64,000 nucleotides of DNA from Podospora anserina (lineage: Eukaryota): contig CM030334.1 in the NCBI GenBank assembly GCA_017654855.1, forward strand, positions 1,674,001 through 1,738,000. The letters are read 5' to 3'. A model generated the notes under the pieces. The model had not been told where the DNA came from, searched no databases, and worked only from the letters and a program-made list of their open reading frames with translations. The translations under genes were made by a program, and so were the position numbers. Below, one piece after another: positions 1-15,098 of the stretch (position 1 is its first letter; each line of letters opens with the position of its first letter).

Positions 1-367
1 TGACAATGCTGGGTAGAAGGTAATGATGATCCCAAAGTAGTAGCTGTTTTGCCAGCCGCAGCAGACTGGTAGAGCCTCTGGAGGAAAGTTGTAGAATTCT
101 CGGTCAAGGTTGTAGAGCAACAATTATTTCATTGCTGGTGAGGGAAACAACTTCAGCGAATGACCCCACTTATCGCTGTGAGTTGGGAGCGATTCGGAAA
201 GCGCCAAGGGTTACCGTGCACGGGCCATATCAGCTGGACCTTTGAGACAACCAAGCAGGAAAGTGGTCTTGGATGATTATTTTACTTTTTTTTATTGGGC
301 TGCGAAAATCGCTGGTCTAGATATGGTCTATCTGCAATGTTCATCACGCTAGATCCGCTACTTCCAC

Positions 368-2631
<2,264 letters not shown>

Positions 2632-3734
2632 TTTGAATATGGATATCGGCCGGTACTGGATATTTGAGCTGATGGTTGCTAGGGATCGTGAGAGTTTGGT
2701 GCCAAGAGATATACCCTCAAAAAATTTGAGAAGGGAGGACGGCAGAAAAAGGTACCCTTTTGAGCGTCTGGAGGCGCGCACTTTTTTGTGGGGCAAGCGT
2801 TTTTTTGGTTTCAAACTCCACGGTGCCGGTGGAGCGAGAAGGTGAGACACGAGAGTCACGGCAGGCAGAGAGCACTTGACTTCCAGGCAACATCCTGTCG
2901 TGATTGGCTGGGTATAGACTTAGTATGCTCTCATATACTACATCGAAGTGAAATGAGTCTTATCATTGCTCTGTCGTTGCTGTTCCATTGCTCTCTTCGT
3001 GGTGATTGCCTGGGATGGTAGGTGGTATCCAGTCCCAGAGCCAGATCAAAAACTCACACATGCTCTCGAACAGTGGCTGGAGCGAACCTCGACAACTAGA
3101 GTTGCCACAAGAGCATAAGGTTCAACTCAGCTAGTACTTATTCTCCAGAGGGCTTGGGCTTGGGTTTAATTACCTCGTATCCCAGCATCTGCCGCTGTCC
3201 GGAAAGGTCAGCAAACCTCTCCAGTCCATGCCCATCTCGAGTCTCGACTTACAAGAAGAGAGAAATTCTGGAATCAACCCCGCCAAACCTTGATGGTCGA
3301 GCAGGGTGGTCTGTGCTCACCCGGTCCCAGCAGTGTTCTGCCAAGCCATTTGCGGCTGCCTTTTTAGCGGGTCCCTTTGTCATCCATGCCCGCTGCCAGC
3401 CGTCGCCATTGATCACTCCAAGTTCTGTGACAGACGTTAACTTTTGGCATTGACAACGAACAACCACCGACCACTACCCAAGTATCGACGACCACTTCTC
3501 TCATATCCGCCGCCGACCGGGTTCAACCAAGGAGTTTTCGGAGATCGATCGATTTACGCCAGAATCTCGCTGCCGATTACTCTGTCGCGCCGCCATCTTC
3601 AGTCGCGCTCTTGATGACGACTTGAGCCATCAATTGCATCTTTCTTTCGCGGGCCTCCTCCGTGTTACCATCGGCGCATTGACGCGCCTTCCAGTCGTCC
3701 ACTCATCCCATCGAGTTTCACAAGTCACCACACA

Positions 3735-5848
3735 ATGAGCGCGCCACAGCAGCAACCGCCTGGGCCTCCCCGTCCCCCAGGCGCTGCCCCAACCTTCATC
3801 CGCCGCAAACCCAACACAGACCCCTTGAGAGCGAGAGTAAAACCCAGAGCCAAACCCCTCCACGCCTTACCCCCAAAGGGCAAAGAGGCCAAAAGGCTGG
3901 TCGACTCCTCCGGCGAGCTCGACAAGGAAATCGAGAGAGAATACGCCAGCAAGGTCGAGCAGCTGCGTCAACAGCGCGCACGGAATGGTGGCTGGTCAGA
4001 TCAACCCGCCGGCAGCGTCCAGGAGTTCCCTCTTGTCCTCACCAAGAAGGCTTTCCGCGAAGGAATTCGCCACCATGTCATGCGGTTGCACAAGCAGATG
4101 GGCGGAGCAGAAGTCGACATTGATTTGTTGAATCAGGACCAATTTCCCCGACCCGTCACATTGCACCGTCGCGACCCGCGCCTTCCTCCCGCTTATCGGA
4201 TGGCTATGAAGCAAGACGATGTCCCAATGGACCCCGAGCAGCAAGCTGAGATGGACCGCATCCAAAAGATGAAGGCTGACAAGGAGGCCCAACGGGCCCT
4301 TGATCAAGCCCAGATGGCCCCGGTCATTAAGGACAACAACCCAAAGCCGAAGACAAACAACAAGAAGGAGAAAGCTTCCGCCTTTTACGGCAAGCACTCC
4401 GACGCCCACAAGAAGCAGTCCGGCCTGCGCTACGAGGAGACACTTCCATGGCATCTTGAGGATGCCGAGGGCAAGGCCGGCGTGTGGGTTGGCTCTTATG
4501 TGGCCGGTCTTTCAGACAGCAACGTCGTGTTCGTTATTGACGGCGCGCGTTTCCGCATGATCCCCTTGGAGCGGTGGTACAAGTTTGACGAGAAGCCAAG
4601 ATTTGACACCCTCTCGCTCGATGACGCTGAAAAGCTCATGTACGAGGTCAAGGAGGTCAAGCGATGGGTCATGAAGGACAAGGAGAGAGAGGAAAGATTG
4701 CGGGAGAAGCTGGAGACGAGAATGTTCCTGAACGGCCCTACCAGGGTCAAGACTGAGAGCGCCACTTCTCGCGCCGCTCGTGGATCCGAGAGACAGGATG
4801 ACTACGAGTTGGATATCTCTGGCGACGAATTCCAAGATGATGACGAGACTCCTGGTTTTGAGGCGGATGATGAGGACGCCAAGGAGTCGAAGGAGCGTGT
4901 TCGCAAAGAACAGCTGGCTTCCAACTTGTTCGGTGAGGGTGAGGAAGACAAGGTTGAGAAAGAGGAGAGGGAGAGGCAATTGGAGAAGCTGAAGAGAAAG
5001 ATGATAGGAAAGCAGACGATCAAGGGATTGGTGAAACTGGAGAAGGCGATGGACTACGACGACATGTCCGAGAGCGACTCTAACAATCCGTTTACGGACT
5101 CTTCGGATTCCGACGACTCCGACGAGGAAGAGAAGAAGGAAGAGGAGAAGAAGCCTGAGCCTGTCACTTCGGGGTCTAATACCAAGGGGAACACCACGCC
5201 TTCCAAGAGCGCAATTGCCAATAAGAAGGGCAAGTTGAAGCGGGCTGGTTCACCGGAGATGTCGGAGTCGAGCGACATCGAGACGGCCCGGAAGAAGATG
5301 AAGACTGGCAAGGGGTCTAGCGTGCCGAGTCGGATGGGCACTCCTATTCCCGGCCGGCCGAAGGTCATGCCGGGGGCTACGAGTGACGGGGAGGCTACCG
5401 CTGGGGAGGGGTCTGATGGCGGTGCGATGCTGAAGAAGAAGTTCAAGATGAAGGCGCAGCGGCCTGGTGGGACGCCTTCTGGTTCGAGGGCGGGCAGTCC
5501 TGCTCCAGCCGGTAAGCTTTTTCCATCTGCTGCTGTCACTCCTTGTCATACAAATCTAACTCGTGAGAAACAGGTCAAGCCTCCAAGACGGGCACCGCAA
5601 CGCCCAGCGGCTCGCCGCCTCCGTCCTCGAAGCCGGTTGCTAAGATCACGGCGCAGGAGTGCTACGAGGCGCTGGCCCGACACACGAACGGCATTGCGCT
5701 CGTGCCGTTCATGTCGCAGTTCAAGCACCGGATTGACAAGCCGGGGTCTACTACGAGGCAGGAGTGGATCCACATGGTCAAGAGCTTTTCTGACTTTCAT
5801 CATGAGACGAAGTTGCTCAAGGCGAAGCCGGGGTGGAGGCCTAGTTAG
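3735..5848 (+). CDS. TFG1: Transcription initiation factor TFIIF large subunit (RAP74/Tfg1)
   Basis: Motifs RPVTLHRRD, LRYEETLPWHLED, FRMIPLERWYKF and LSLDDAEKLM, plus an acidic middle region. Intron 5512-5573 (GTAAGC...CTAAC...CAG) gives a final exon ending KAKPGWRPS*. Confidence 0.88.
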
Positions 5849-7272
5849 GCATTGTGGTTTAGTTTTTGTATAACACTGTTGAGTTTGGGAGGGGATAACG
5901 GCTTAGCACTAGTGATCATAAAAGGCAAGATGCTGATGAAAATGGGAGGATGTTTTTCTGCGGTTATGGAGGTTGTTATGTAAGGTACTCGGGATGAATA
6001 CTTTGGGGCCCGAAATCTGGGCTGGAGGAGCTGGCTTGGGGCTATCAGCGAGTTGTTTTTTTGTTTTTTTTTTCTTTTTTTTTTCTTTTTACTCGCTTTG
6101 CTTTTCTCTAGATCGAGGGATAGGCAGATAGGCAGAGCAAATTATTTTTGTGAAATTGAAAGGATGCTGGTGAAAGGTGATTGTTGACGAGTTACTTTCC
6201 TTGCGACCCCTGTTCCACAGCAAATCAACGATATTGAACAACTTTATCTAGAGCATCCCTAACATCAGACAACAACCAGAAGAAGTATTTTCCATTGCAT
6301 TCACTTCACTCACCACCAACTCAGCAAATCATCACCCCTACTGATGTGAATGATATGAACTATTGCGTTGTGGATAAAATAATCGTTATTGCAATTTAGA
6401 GTAACACGGATAGCAACCGTCACCCTTGTGCATTTTTTTTCAATTAGGTGGGTAGGGAATAAGACTTTTTGACAATTCTTCAAGGCCTGTTAACCTACGG
6501 TATCTTTTAACCTGCTATTTCTATTTTTGAGACCTGTTGACTATCCTTCAAGGGCAAGGTTCAGCACCTGCTTTGCTGCAGTGCAGGATATAATCACAAA
6601 AAAGAAATCACCGATGTCCTTTCTATATACGCCGTCATTTCTTCCATCGAGCCGATGGCTTGATCAATCTTCGAGTTCGGAAAGATTTAGCAGATGGGAG
6701 TGAGTCTCCGCTGACCGGTCTGGTCGATCTGTGTGCTCTTTTCGAGCGTGGAAGGAAGTCCGCTTTACGAGTCTTCCCCCTTCTGCAACCCTAATCAACG
6801 TCCAGCAGTTCTTTGAGCAGAGAGGCTGGATGACAGTCGCAACAAGCCGGGCAGACACATCAACAAGCAATATGTACGTAGGTAAACAAACCACAAATAC
6901 ATAAACCCTTCATTTCACATCTCATAGTATCCTAATGTTGCTCATGTTGTGTTGCAAGGTAAATCTCTCTCCAGAATCGAAAATATTGATTGCCCTATCA
7001 GCGTACTACTAAAATGCTTCATAATCCTTAAATAAATAAATAAACTCATAATAAACCCTCATGTCATGCCCCCATCCATCATCCCATGCTCGTCAAAATG
7101 CCAACCGCGCGCGCCCACCAAATGTAGTATAATGTCATGACGATCCGACCAGCAGTAGTTGTACTGTCGTCCCGTCATATGCTCACCATCGAGACCCCCC
7201 CCCCAAAAAAAGCAGCCGCTAAACACTCAAGCAAGTTATACAAAGGGAAAGATGCGCCGCCAAAAGTCAAGC

Positions 7273-7968
7273 TTAAACAAGCTCAAACCCCCCCTCCACC
7301 ACCACCGGCTCATTCTCCTCCCGTCTCTCACTCGTCCCGCTCCGCAACACCTTCTTCGCCTTCCTCCCCTTCACCGCCTCCCCGTTCCCATCCACAACCT
7401 CATATTCCTTCTCCACCAGCTTCTCCGTCTCCTTCTGCGTGTTCCTAGCCTTGACAAAAACCTCCAGCGTCACCGGCCGGTCGGGAGAGTCATGCCTGTC
7501 AAACGAGTACAGTACATCGTCTTGTGGAGCTAAAGTCGGAATAGTAGAAGCGTTGACGTCGTTAAGGTCAGCAGCGTTGATGTTTTTGGCGAGGTTGTTC
7601 TTGATGACCGAGTCGGGAGTGTACCAGTTGGAGCGGCCCTTGACAATGTTCTGTCCGACGGTGGGTTTGCGGGCGAAGTGGTAGCTATAAATAAGAGAGG
7701 ATATGTTAGAGTAAGGTTGACTAAAGAAGGGGATGCAGAGGACATACCGATCAACATATCTCTTGTCTGGCTTCATCTTGGCAATGTGAGCATCGTTGGA
7801 GTACTTGACAGGCTTGACCTGGTCCCAGAAGCCCTCAGTCACCACACCAGAGAGGAAGCGGCTGCCATGCTGCCACTTGGTATTGTGGTCCTTGACGCGC
7901 TTTCGCTCCTTGGCGCTGTGGCGGAGATCGCGCTCGAACTGGCGGGACTCAATGGTGAGGTTGGCCAT
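7273..7968 (-). CDS. Fungal hypothetical protein
   Basis: ATG in good context (MANLTIESRQFERDL...), coding-like codon usage, and a 63-nt intron at 7685-7747 (GTATGT...CTAAC...TAG). No family recognised. Confidence 0.7.
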   Translation of the reverse strand: MANLTIESRQFERDLRHSAKERKRVKDHNTKWQHGSRFLSGVVTEGFWDQVKPVKYSNDAHIAKMKPDKRYVDRYVLCIPFFSQPYSNISSLIYSYHFARKPTVGQNIVKGRSNWYTPDSVIKNNLAKNINAADLNDVNASTIPTLAPQDDVLYSFDRHDSPDRPVTLEVFVKARNTQKETEKLVEKEYEVVDGNGEAVKGRKAKKVLRSGTSERREENEPVVVEGGFELV

Positions 7969-10766
7969 GGTGATAGTTGAAGATGGATGAGATGGGTATC
8001 GATAAGGTAGATGTAGTAGTCGGCGATAGGTATCTCGTGAAGCGCAGCGCGGGTATGGAATAGTCCGCAAGAAGAGCTTCAAGGATGGTAGGAGATGTCA
8101 AAGATGATGATTGAACAATCTATCGATGAGATGTGGCAAGAAGGAAAGTAGCAGGTTGTATGTGTGTGTGGGAAAAGGTTTCCAGGAAGTCCCCAGTATA
8201 TGAATCAATGGTAAAGTTTACCGGTTGCCGGGTGAGAGGTTGAAATAAGAGTGGGTTGGGGTGTAAGTGGTAGCTTCCAACGGACCCTGCCAAATGATGC
8301 AAAAGCCCCCCTGGGGCGGGTGAAATGGAAAGGCTCGTCTTTGTTGTTTCCTTGGTTGTGTGATTGTTCAAACAGGTCAAGTGCTTCCAGGAGCGCTTGA
8401 CTTTAAACAACACAAAGAAGGCCCCGGGTCTTCTCTTTCGGGACGCCGGCCGGGTGACTCAGATGAAGGCAGTGAGCAGGGCGTGTAATTGACAAGCCCC
8501 TGTTGGCGAATCGCGATAAGATGCCGAGATGACGAAAGAGGAAATACTAGCTGCAACGAGCCAATAGGATGTGAAGGTACAAACTGAGGACGACAGGAGT
8601 GTCTTGGGCTCCAGCTGATGATAACGAGGTATGTATAGGTGTATAGTTCTTTGACGATTTATACAGAACAAGAGAGAGGGAAAAGAAAGGAGAGGCCTCG
8701 AGATAGGAAGGGGCTGGACACAAGAGAGGCTTATACTCAGTCAAGGAGGCTTATCGGCCTGTTTGGGAATGCCCAGGATCCATGTGAGGATGGCGGGTGC
8801 GGGTGATAAAGCTCGAGCGGGAGGTGGGGAGTGGGAGTGGGAGTGACAAGTGACGACAGGTCGGCGTGTGACACTTGTGAGCACCCAGCAGCTGCAGCTG
8901 AGACGTGGACATGGACAGTGCTCGAAAGAGATATTCTTGGCTTCTCTCAGGGTTGACCATGATGAAATGGCGGCCCAGGCCTGATCAACGTAAACCGGTT
9001 TAGCGGACATGAAACAACCACCGTCAGGCCCGTTTCCAAGCCATCTCCAGTGGCTTCGTCAGCAAACTGGAAGCGGTCGTGGTCCCAGTAGTCCCCTAGA
9101 GATGTTAGCAGTGACGGCGTCATCTGGGGTAACCTAAGCTTGTAGACATCAAGATGTTCATGCCGGATGTCAAATGCCGGCCCATGCACCACACCCTTCT
9201 CCAACGCTTGTCCTCGGGTGCCCTGCAGGAGGATGATGCATCGACCATCCGGTGTTTCCTTGAACAGGCAGCCACTGACGGGACTCGTGTTACCCACAGG
9301 CAATGGCATCTCGACATTGATGAGAACGGGGATGATGTCTCGAGATGAACATGGTCGAGGTTCGAGGTGCGATTGGCAATTGACAATTGGAGTCGGATGC
9401 CACCACTGCACCATACAAGTGGATGCCTCTGTGGAGAGCTGCAGGAACCCCCACAACCGGCCCCCGCCAAGCTCACCCTTCTGCTAACTGCATCACCAAC
9501 ATCTCCAGAGCCATCTCACGACACAAACATGTGCTCTCATGGGTAATCATTCATTTCTACCGGTTTCGTCCGTCTTGCTCTCCAACTGCCGATCGGAATG
9601 CTCGCGTCAAGTGAGTTCTTCCGGACAAGTCCGCTGACGCGATTCAGCTGGCCACCAGTCTTTGAGGATCACAGCCGGCCGGCAAAGGTGCATTCCAAGC
9701 GCGCGCGCGCGATAAGGATAAGGATAACGGACGTCATCCTACCCTCCCCCCTCTCGGATCTCGATACTTAGCCCTGTCTGTGCTGTCCCCTTCACCGCAT
9801 CCTCAACAACCGTTTATCATCGACTAGTCAAGTCTTGTATGGTCTAGAATCCAATAATTACCACATAGCAAAACCCCCCTTGTTGGCTCAAAGGAGAAAG
9901 AGAGAGGCAAAGAGAATCGAAACGAAAGGCGGCCGGGGTGTCGGCTGACCTCTCGCTCTTCCTCGTGAACGGGGTCTCAGGTCATTCACCTTTGACTCGG
10001 CCGCAGACACGTACCTGAGTTACCGAGGACCCCGCACTCTCTCTCAGCTTCCACATCTGCTTATTGCACAGTTTAAAAGTTCCGACCTCGGTATTTGCAA
10101 CTTCTTATCTCCATGTAGACGCAGAAGAATAACAGTGTGAAGAACTCAGGGGCGGCTATCGGGTTGCCAGATTGGAAGATGGCCGTATAGTGGGAGTCCA
10201 TGTGTCCCGCTGAATGGAAGCGTCGGGTGTGGTACTCAATATATTCTAGATGTGTTCAAACAGGATGGGAATGTTGGCGGACCACAAACTAAAGCCCGAT
10301 GTTTGGTCCATTCCCCGTGGTCTGTCAGATCACGGGTCCCCATATCGGGCTCAGCTTCGCCTCCCGCAGCAGCAGCGCAACAACGCGGTTTTGGGGCTTG
10401 GAACTGGTCGGCTGTCGTGAGCTGACCCAGACTTCTTGGGAGGAATTTCAATTGTAGCATCACACTGTTAGTCGATGAATGCGAGATGGAATTGCCCCTG
10501 TCCCAAACCAACCGGTGTAGCCAGCCAGCTGTGACCTTGATGGCCTTATCGGCTTATCACCCCTTATCAACACCTTATCAGTGATGTCACCCAGTACCAC
10601 TGCAAACGTGCTGCAGCGCAACGCGACCAGAGCAACAGCAGCCTTGTGGGGCGGAACAAACCGCTGCACGACATTCTTGTCGCAAACACCACAAGCAGCC
10701 AAAATTTCGGCCATCACCACCACCAAACCCAACCTCACCCCCAAAAAAAACCCATAACCGCCCACA

Positions 10767-11852
10767 ATGCCAACAGACAAAGCAACCTACCTAGCAACCC
10801 ACTACCTAACCGCCGACCCCCCCAAATCCACCACCACCTCTTCCAGCTCCACCTCCAAAAAACGAAAACGCTCCTCCAAGACAGCCGCCGACCCCGTCGC
10901 CCAAATCAACAACCTCCTCATCCACGACTCCGATGACGAATCCACCTGGGCCAACCCCAACCCAAACCCCGACTCCGACTCCGACGGCGACACCCCCATG
11001 ACCATCGCCGGGCACACCTCTGAATTCCGCAAGTCCAAGAAATCCGCCTGGTCCACCGTCGGCACCGCCGTCCTCCCCACCACAGTCAAGAAACGTGACG
11101 ATTCCGACAACATTGCGGATGCCGTCCTCGCAGCCGCGAAGAATGATGCTGCTGCCTTGGGTCATGACTCTGATGACAGTTCGGAGGAGGTGGATGACGA
11201 CCCAAGACAGGTAAAAATGTCAAATGGCATGCGCCCGGGGTTGCAGTCTGCAAAGTCGATAACGGAGCAACTTGCCAGAAAGGCAGAGGAGGAGAAGAGA
11301 GAGTTGGAGAGGTTGACCAAGGCGATGGAGGAGGCGAAAAAAGCTAAAGAGGGGAAGGAAGAGGAGGATGAGGTTGTTTTGCGGGATGCTACCGGGAGGA
11401 GGATTGATGTCAGCTTGAGGAGGGCGCAGGCACGAAGGGAGATGTTGGAGAGGGAAAGGGCTGAACAGGAGAAGGAGGCGCTTTTGAAGGGGGAGGTGCA
11501 GGCTAGGGAGGCGGAGATGAGGAGGGAGAGGTTGGAGGGGGCGAAGTTGATGACGCTTGCGAGGGGGAAGGATGATGAGGGGATCAATCGGGAGCAGAGG
11601 GAGGAGGGGAGGTGGAACGATCCCATGGCGCTGTTTTTGGAGGGGGATAAGGGAGGGAAGGGGAGGAAGAAAAGGGGTAAGGGGAGGCCGGTGTATCAAG
11701 GGCCGGCGGAACCGAATCGATATGGGATAAGGCCGGGGTATAGGTGGGATGGGGTTGATAGGGGAAACGGGTGGGAGAAGGAGAGGTTTAGGATACTGAA
11801 TAGGAAGGAGATGGTGAAGGGGTTGGAGTATGCTTGGCAGATGGATGAGTAG
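10767..11852 (+). CDS. BUD13: Pre-mRNA splicing factor Bud13/Cwc26 (RES complex)
   Basis: Intronless ORF with LRDATGRRID, RWNDPM and C-terminal NRYGIRPGYRWDGVDRGNGWE...YAWQMDE, typical of Bud13. Confidence 0.95.
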   Translation: MPTDKATYLATHYLTADPPKSTTTSSSSTSKKRKRSSKTAADPVAQINNLLIHDSDDESTWANPNPNPDSDSDGDTPMTIAGHTSEFRKSKKSAWSTVGTAVLPTTVKKRDDSDNIADAVLAAAKNDAAALGHDSDDSSEEVDDDPRQVKMSNGMRPGLQSAKSITEQLARKAEEEKRELERLTKAMEEAKKAKEGKEEEDEVVLRDATGRRIDVSLRRAQARREMLERERAEQEKEALLKGEVQAREAEMRRERLEGAKLMTLARGKDDEGINREQREEGRWNDPMALFLEGDKGGKGRKKRGKGRPVYQGPAEPNRYGIRPGYRWDGVDRGNGWEKERFRILNRKEMVKGLEYAWQMDE

Positions 11853-12019
11853 ATGCACACTTCTTGGAGTTAGTAATAATGGACAGCGAGGGGTCGTTGG
11901 CAGTGGGTAGAATTGCGACGGCGGTTGCAAGTTGTCAAAAGTAGGAAAGTATACCCAAGCAGGATGAACTCCAGCATCAACAGGGCTAGTTCTGGTGAAG
12001 AAGTCAACAACAACCAATT

Positions 12020-12093
12020 GGTTTCGTGGTGTAGTTGGTTATCACGTCAGTCTAACACACTGAAGGTCTCCAGTTCGAGCCTGGACGAAATCA
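12020..12093 (+). tRNA. tRNA-Val(AAC)
   Basis: Acceptor stem GGTTTCG/CGAAATC, D-loop AGTTGGTTA, anticodon arm TCAGT-CTAACAC-ACTGA, T-loop GTTCGAG, and a downstream poly-T Pol III terminator. Confidence 0.96.
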
Positions 12094-12133
12094 AAGCGAT
12101 TATTTTTTGCATATATTATCACACGGGTACTGT

Positions 12134-12164
<31 letters not shown>

Positions 12165-12632
12165 GGTGGTACTGGTGGAGTTGTGGGGTTTTGCATGCTT
12201 CCTCCACTTTGGCTCAGATATCACGATAACCTTACCTACATTCTTATCTGCCAGACAGAATAAGGATGTCACGGAGAGGTAGACCACCGCGGCAAACTTG
12301 TCCGTGTCTATAATAAAAGCTAGGAATAAGCTATGCTTGGTTTGAAAGATAATAAATAGACCTCGAAAATATTAGACACGCCTTTCAGAATGAATAATAG
12401 CTCCAACTCAAAAAATAGTAGACACACTTAAAAAGACAGTCAAAACAGGTATGAGCAACCTCTTCAAGCCATTCGTCAATCAAACCAGACAACTTTTCTC
12501 ACCGATACTCAAACAGACTACCTCAACGAATCCATATTAAACCTCAACAAGAGGCTACAAGAAGTAAACAATAACAAAAACCGGGTATCAATAACATTAT
12601 TACTCCCGTGGCAAACAATTCCACCACCAAAC

Positions 12633-14305
12633 TTAAACCTCCTCGGCGTCCTCCATCGGCTCGCCCTGGTCCAAACCACTGTCGCCGCCCATAACCACAC
12701 CACCGGCGCCATCAATACCCAACTGTCCGCTTGCGATGGCCGTGAGCCTTGCCACCTCAGCCGAGAGCTTCTTGTTTTCAGCCGACAACGCGTTGATCCG
12801 TTCCTCCCTGCTCCGAATTTGTATGTCCCGGTTGGATATGTGCTGGTCCCGTGACCGCAATTCCTGCAATAGTTGCGAGTTCGTCGCCGTGAGGTCCCCT
12901 ATGATACCAGAAAGCCGTTCGATACTCCTCGCCATCGCCTCCGCCGTGGCCGCAGGCACCACATAGTCCGGCGCCGCGCCCGGTGAGACTCCGGCGGCTT
13001 GTTGAGCTAACCCAGGCAACCCATCAATTCCCCCACCCGCCGAGATAGCAAACTGCTGACCCATGGGACTCCCATGAAAGCCCGGCTGTTGGACCACTTG
13101 CTGCTGCTGCTGTCCCTGTAGAGCACCATTTGCAACCGCCCCAGTAGTCCTCCTCCTGTTGTTCCCCACCACAACCGCCTGCACCGCCGGCGCCGGAGCA
13201 GCCACCATCGGAGGCGACCCTCCCCTCTGCTGCCTTTGCCTCCTCTGCGCCTGCTGCTGATTCCTCCACTCCTGCTCCGCCAACTGTTCCGCGGCGTATT
13301 TCTCCGCCCTCGCCGCCCTCTCCGCTTCTGCATGGGCCCTCCTCTGTCCTTCCGACTGCTTCGCCAACTCAGGGCCGTCCGGTATTCTCAGGGCGGTAGC
13401 AAACATGTGCCTGATCAGAGTCAGCTTTCTGCTAAATCCCTCGTTACTCCGACAAGGGCCCTGGTTGATGTGCGCGGCAAGCCCTGCCCTATCTCCAAAA
13501 TAAGTCCAACAGAAGGAGCAGATGGCGGGCGACTCGTGGTTGTGCTCTCCCACAACGTTGAGCAGTGTGGTGATATCGGAACAAGGCCCACATGACGAGC
13601 TGGTGCCGTAATTAAACGGCCAGTTGGTAGGGCATACGGCCAGATATTTGGGCGCCTTCCTTCGTCCGCCTTCTTGACGCCCTTGGTCACCCCTGATAAG
13701 GCCGTGCTTGTCCATCAGGTGCTTGCTTTCTCAATGTCAGCAACGTCTCCCCCTTTGCTCTTTTTCTTTTCGAAATGAAACGATGAAAGGAAAAGAAGAT
13801 AGAAAAAGATATTAAGAAGAGGGATATGAAATAAAGAAAGGAAAAAAAAAAGAAAAAAAAAAGAGAGAAGAAAAAAAAAAGAAGATTGTTTTTTTTTAAA
13901 AAAAACACCCACTCACATAAAATATTGATTCCCCCCCGCCCTGGTCTGGCAATCCTCAAAAAAACAGTCATTCTCCCCCTTATCGTCAGGATCAGGTAAC
14001 CCAGGCTTGAAATGAGGCACCCTTCCATCATTCCCTCCTCCTCCTCCTCCTCCTCCTCCACCACCACCACCCAAACTCGGATCAACAACCCCCCCTCCTC
14101 CCATCCCAGCAACAGGAGCTACATTCCCATTCCCCTCCATGGATGGATGAAGATGATTTTCTCCCACACGTCTCCGTTTGGCCAAATGCTGGGTATTATT
14201 ATTGTCTTGGTGATCCTCCCCCTCATCCGAATGATCCAGACCACCCCCTTCGTCGTTCGAATCAGAGACGGATTCGGACGCGTCAATCTCTGCGCCCCAG
14301 GGCAT
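12633..14305 (-). CDS. C2H2 zinc-finger protein with C-terminal coiled coil (function unknown)
   Basis: Exon 1 (MPWGAEID...CFFEDCQTRAGGNQYF) is joined by intron 13726-13916 (GTGAGT...GCTGAC...AAG) to exon 2 (IKHLMDKH...), giving C-x4-C-x12-H-x4-H. A second CSFC...H...C motif, a Gln-rich linker and a heptad region follow. Confidence 0.75.
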
Positions 14306-15098
14306 GTTAAAGTCTTGGGGGGGAAGAGGGAAGAGCGATGCCAAGAGTTGAACAGGACAGGGGGCTGGGATTGATTGATTGATTGATTGGAACAACAAGT
14401 GAACTTTGTATTCTATTGTATAAGCGAGTGAGTGGGTGGGTGGGTGAGAGTTGTTATTAGCGGAAAAGTGGTGAGAAACGGGTTAAATGTTGGGGTTGCA
14501 AAAACAAGAGGTGGTCGGGACTGGTTCACAAGCGAGTTTTGTTTGTGGGGCGGGCTGGCTTTGTGCTGAATGGGGGGCGTGTGATTGGTTGGTGGGACGG
14601 ATGGTTAAGTGGGGAGGGTGCTTGCAAAATTCGGGCCCGAACTTCTGGACGTGTTTGTGAAGGGTGATCGAGATGATGTGTGGATGGACTGTTTTTAAGG
14701 GGGTATTGAGTAGTTGTTAAAGACCTGTTGACCATCTTCAAAGGCCCATTGGCTCCTTTTCTTACAGCTGTTAATTATTTTTCAAGAAACCCCCCCTCGA
14801 TCATTTGATGGGAATCTTGACTATTTTTTTGAAGGCCTATTGAATATCGTTGAAGGAGTCCCGACTATCTTTCGAGGCGTGGCTGAGGATGACGCTACAT
14901 GGAGTGCTGCGTTAGCTTAATGCGTAGTACTAGTCTTTATTCGAGAGTATGTCTTCCAAAAGGAAGACACACTGTGGACAGTGAGATAGAGGTAGAGACT
15001 GTGATGATAATATAAGGCTGATGTTGCCAGCACCCAAGCTACCCAAACCCACCCAACTTGTAACCAAAGCCAGATTAAAACTTCCATCAAAACCCAAA

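Noticed and set aside
8100..10700. Short ORFs in the 2.7-kb gap between the hypothetical gene and BUD13
   Set aside because: No coherent exon structure or motifs. Treated as a divergent promoter region.
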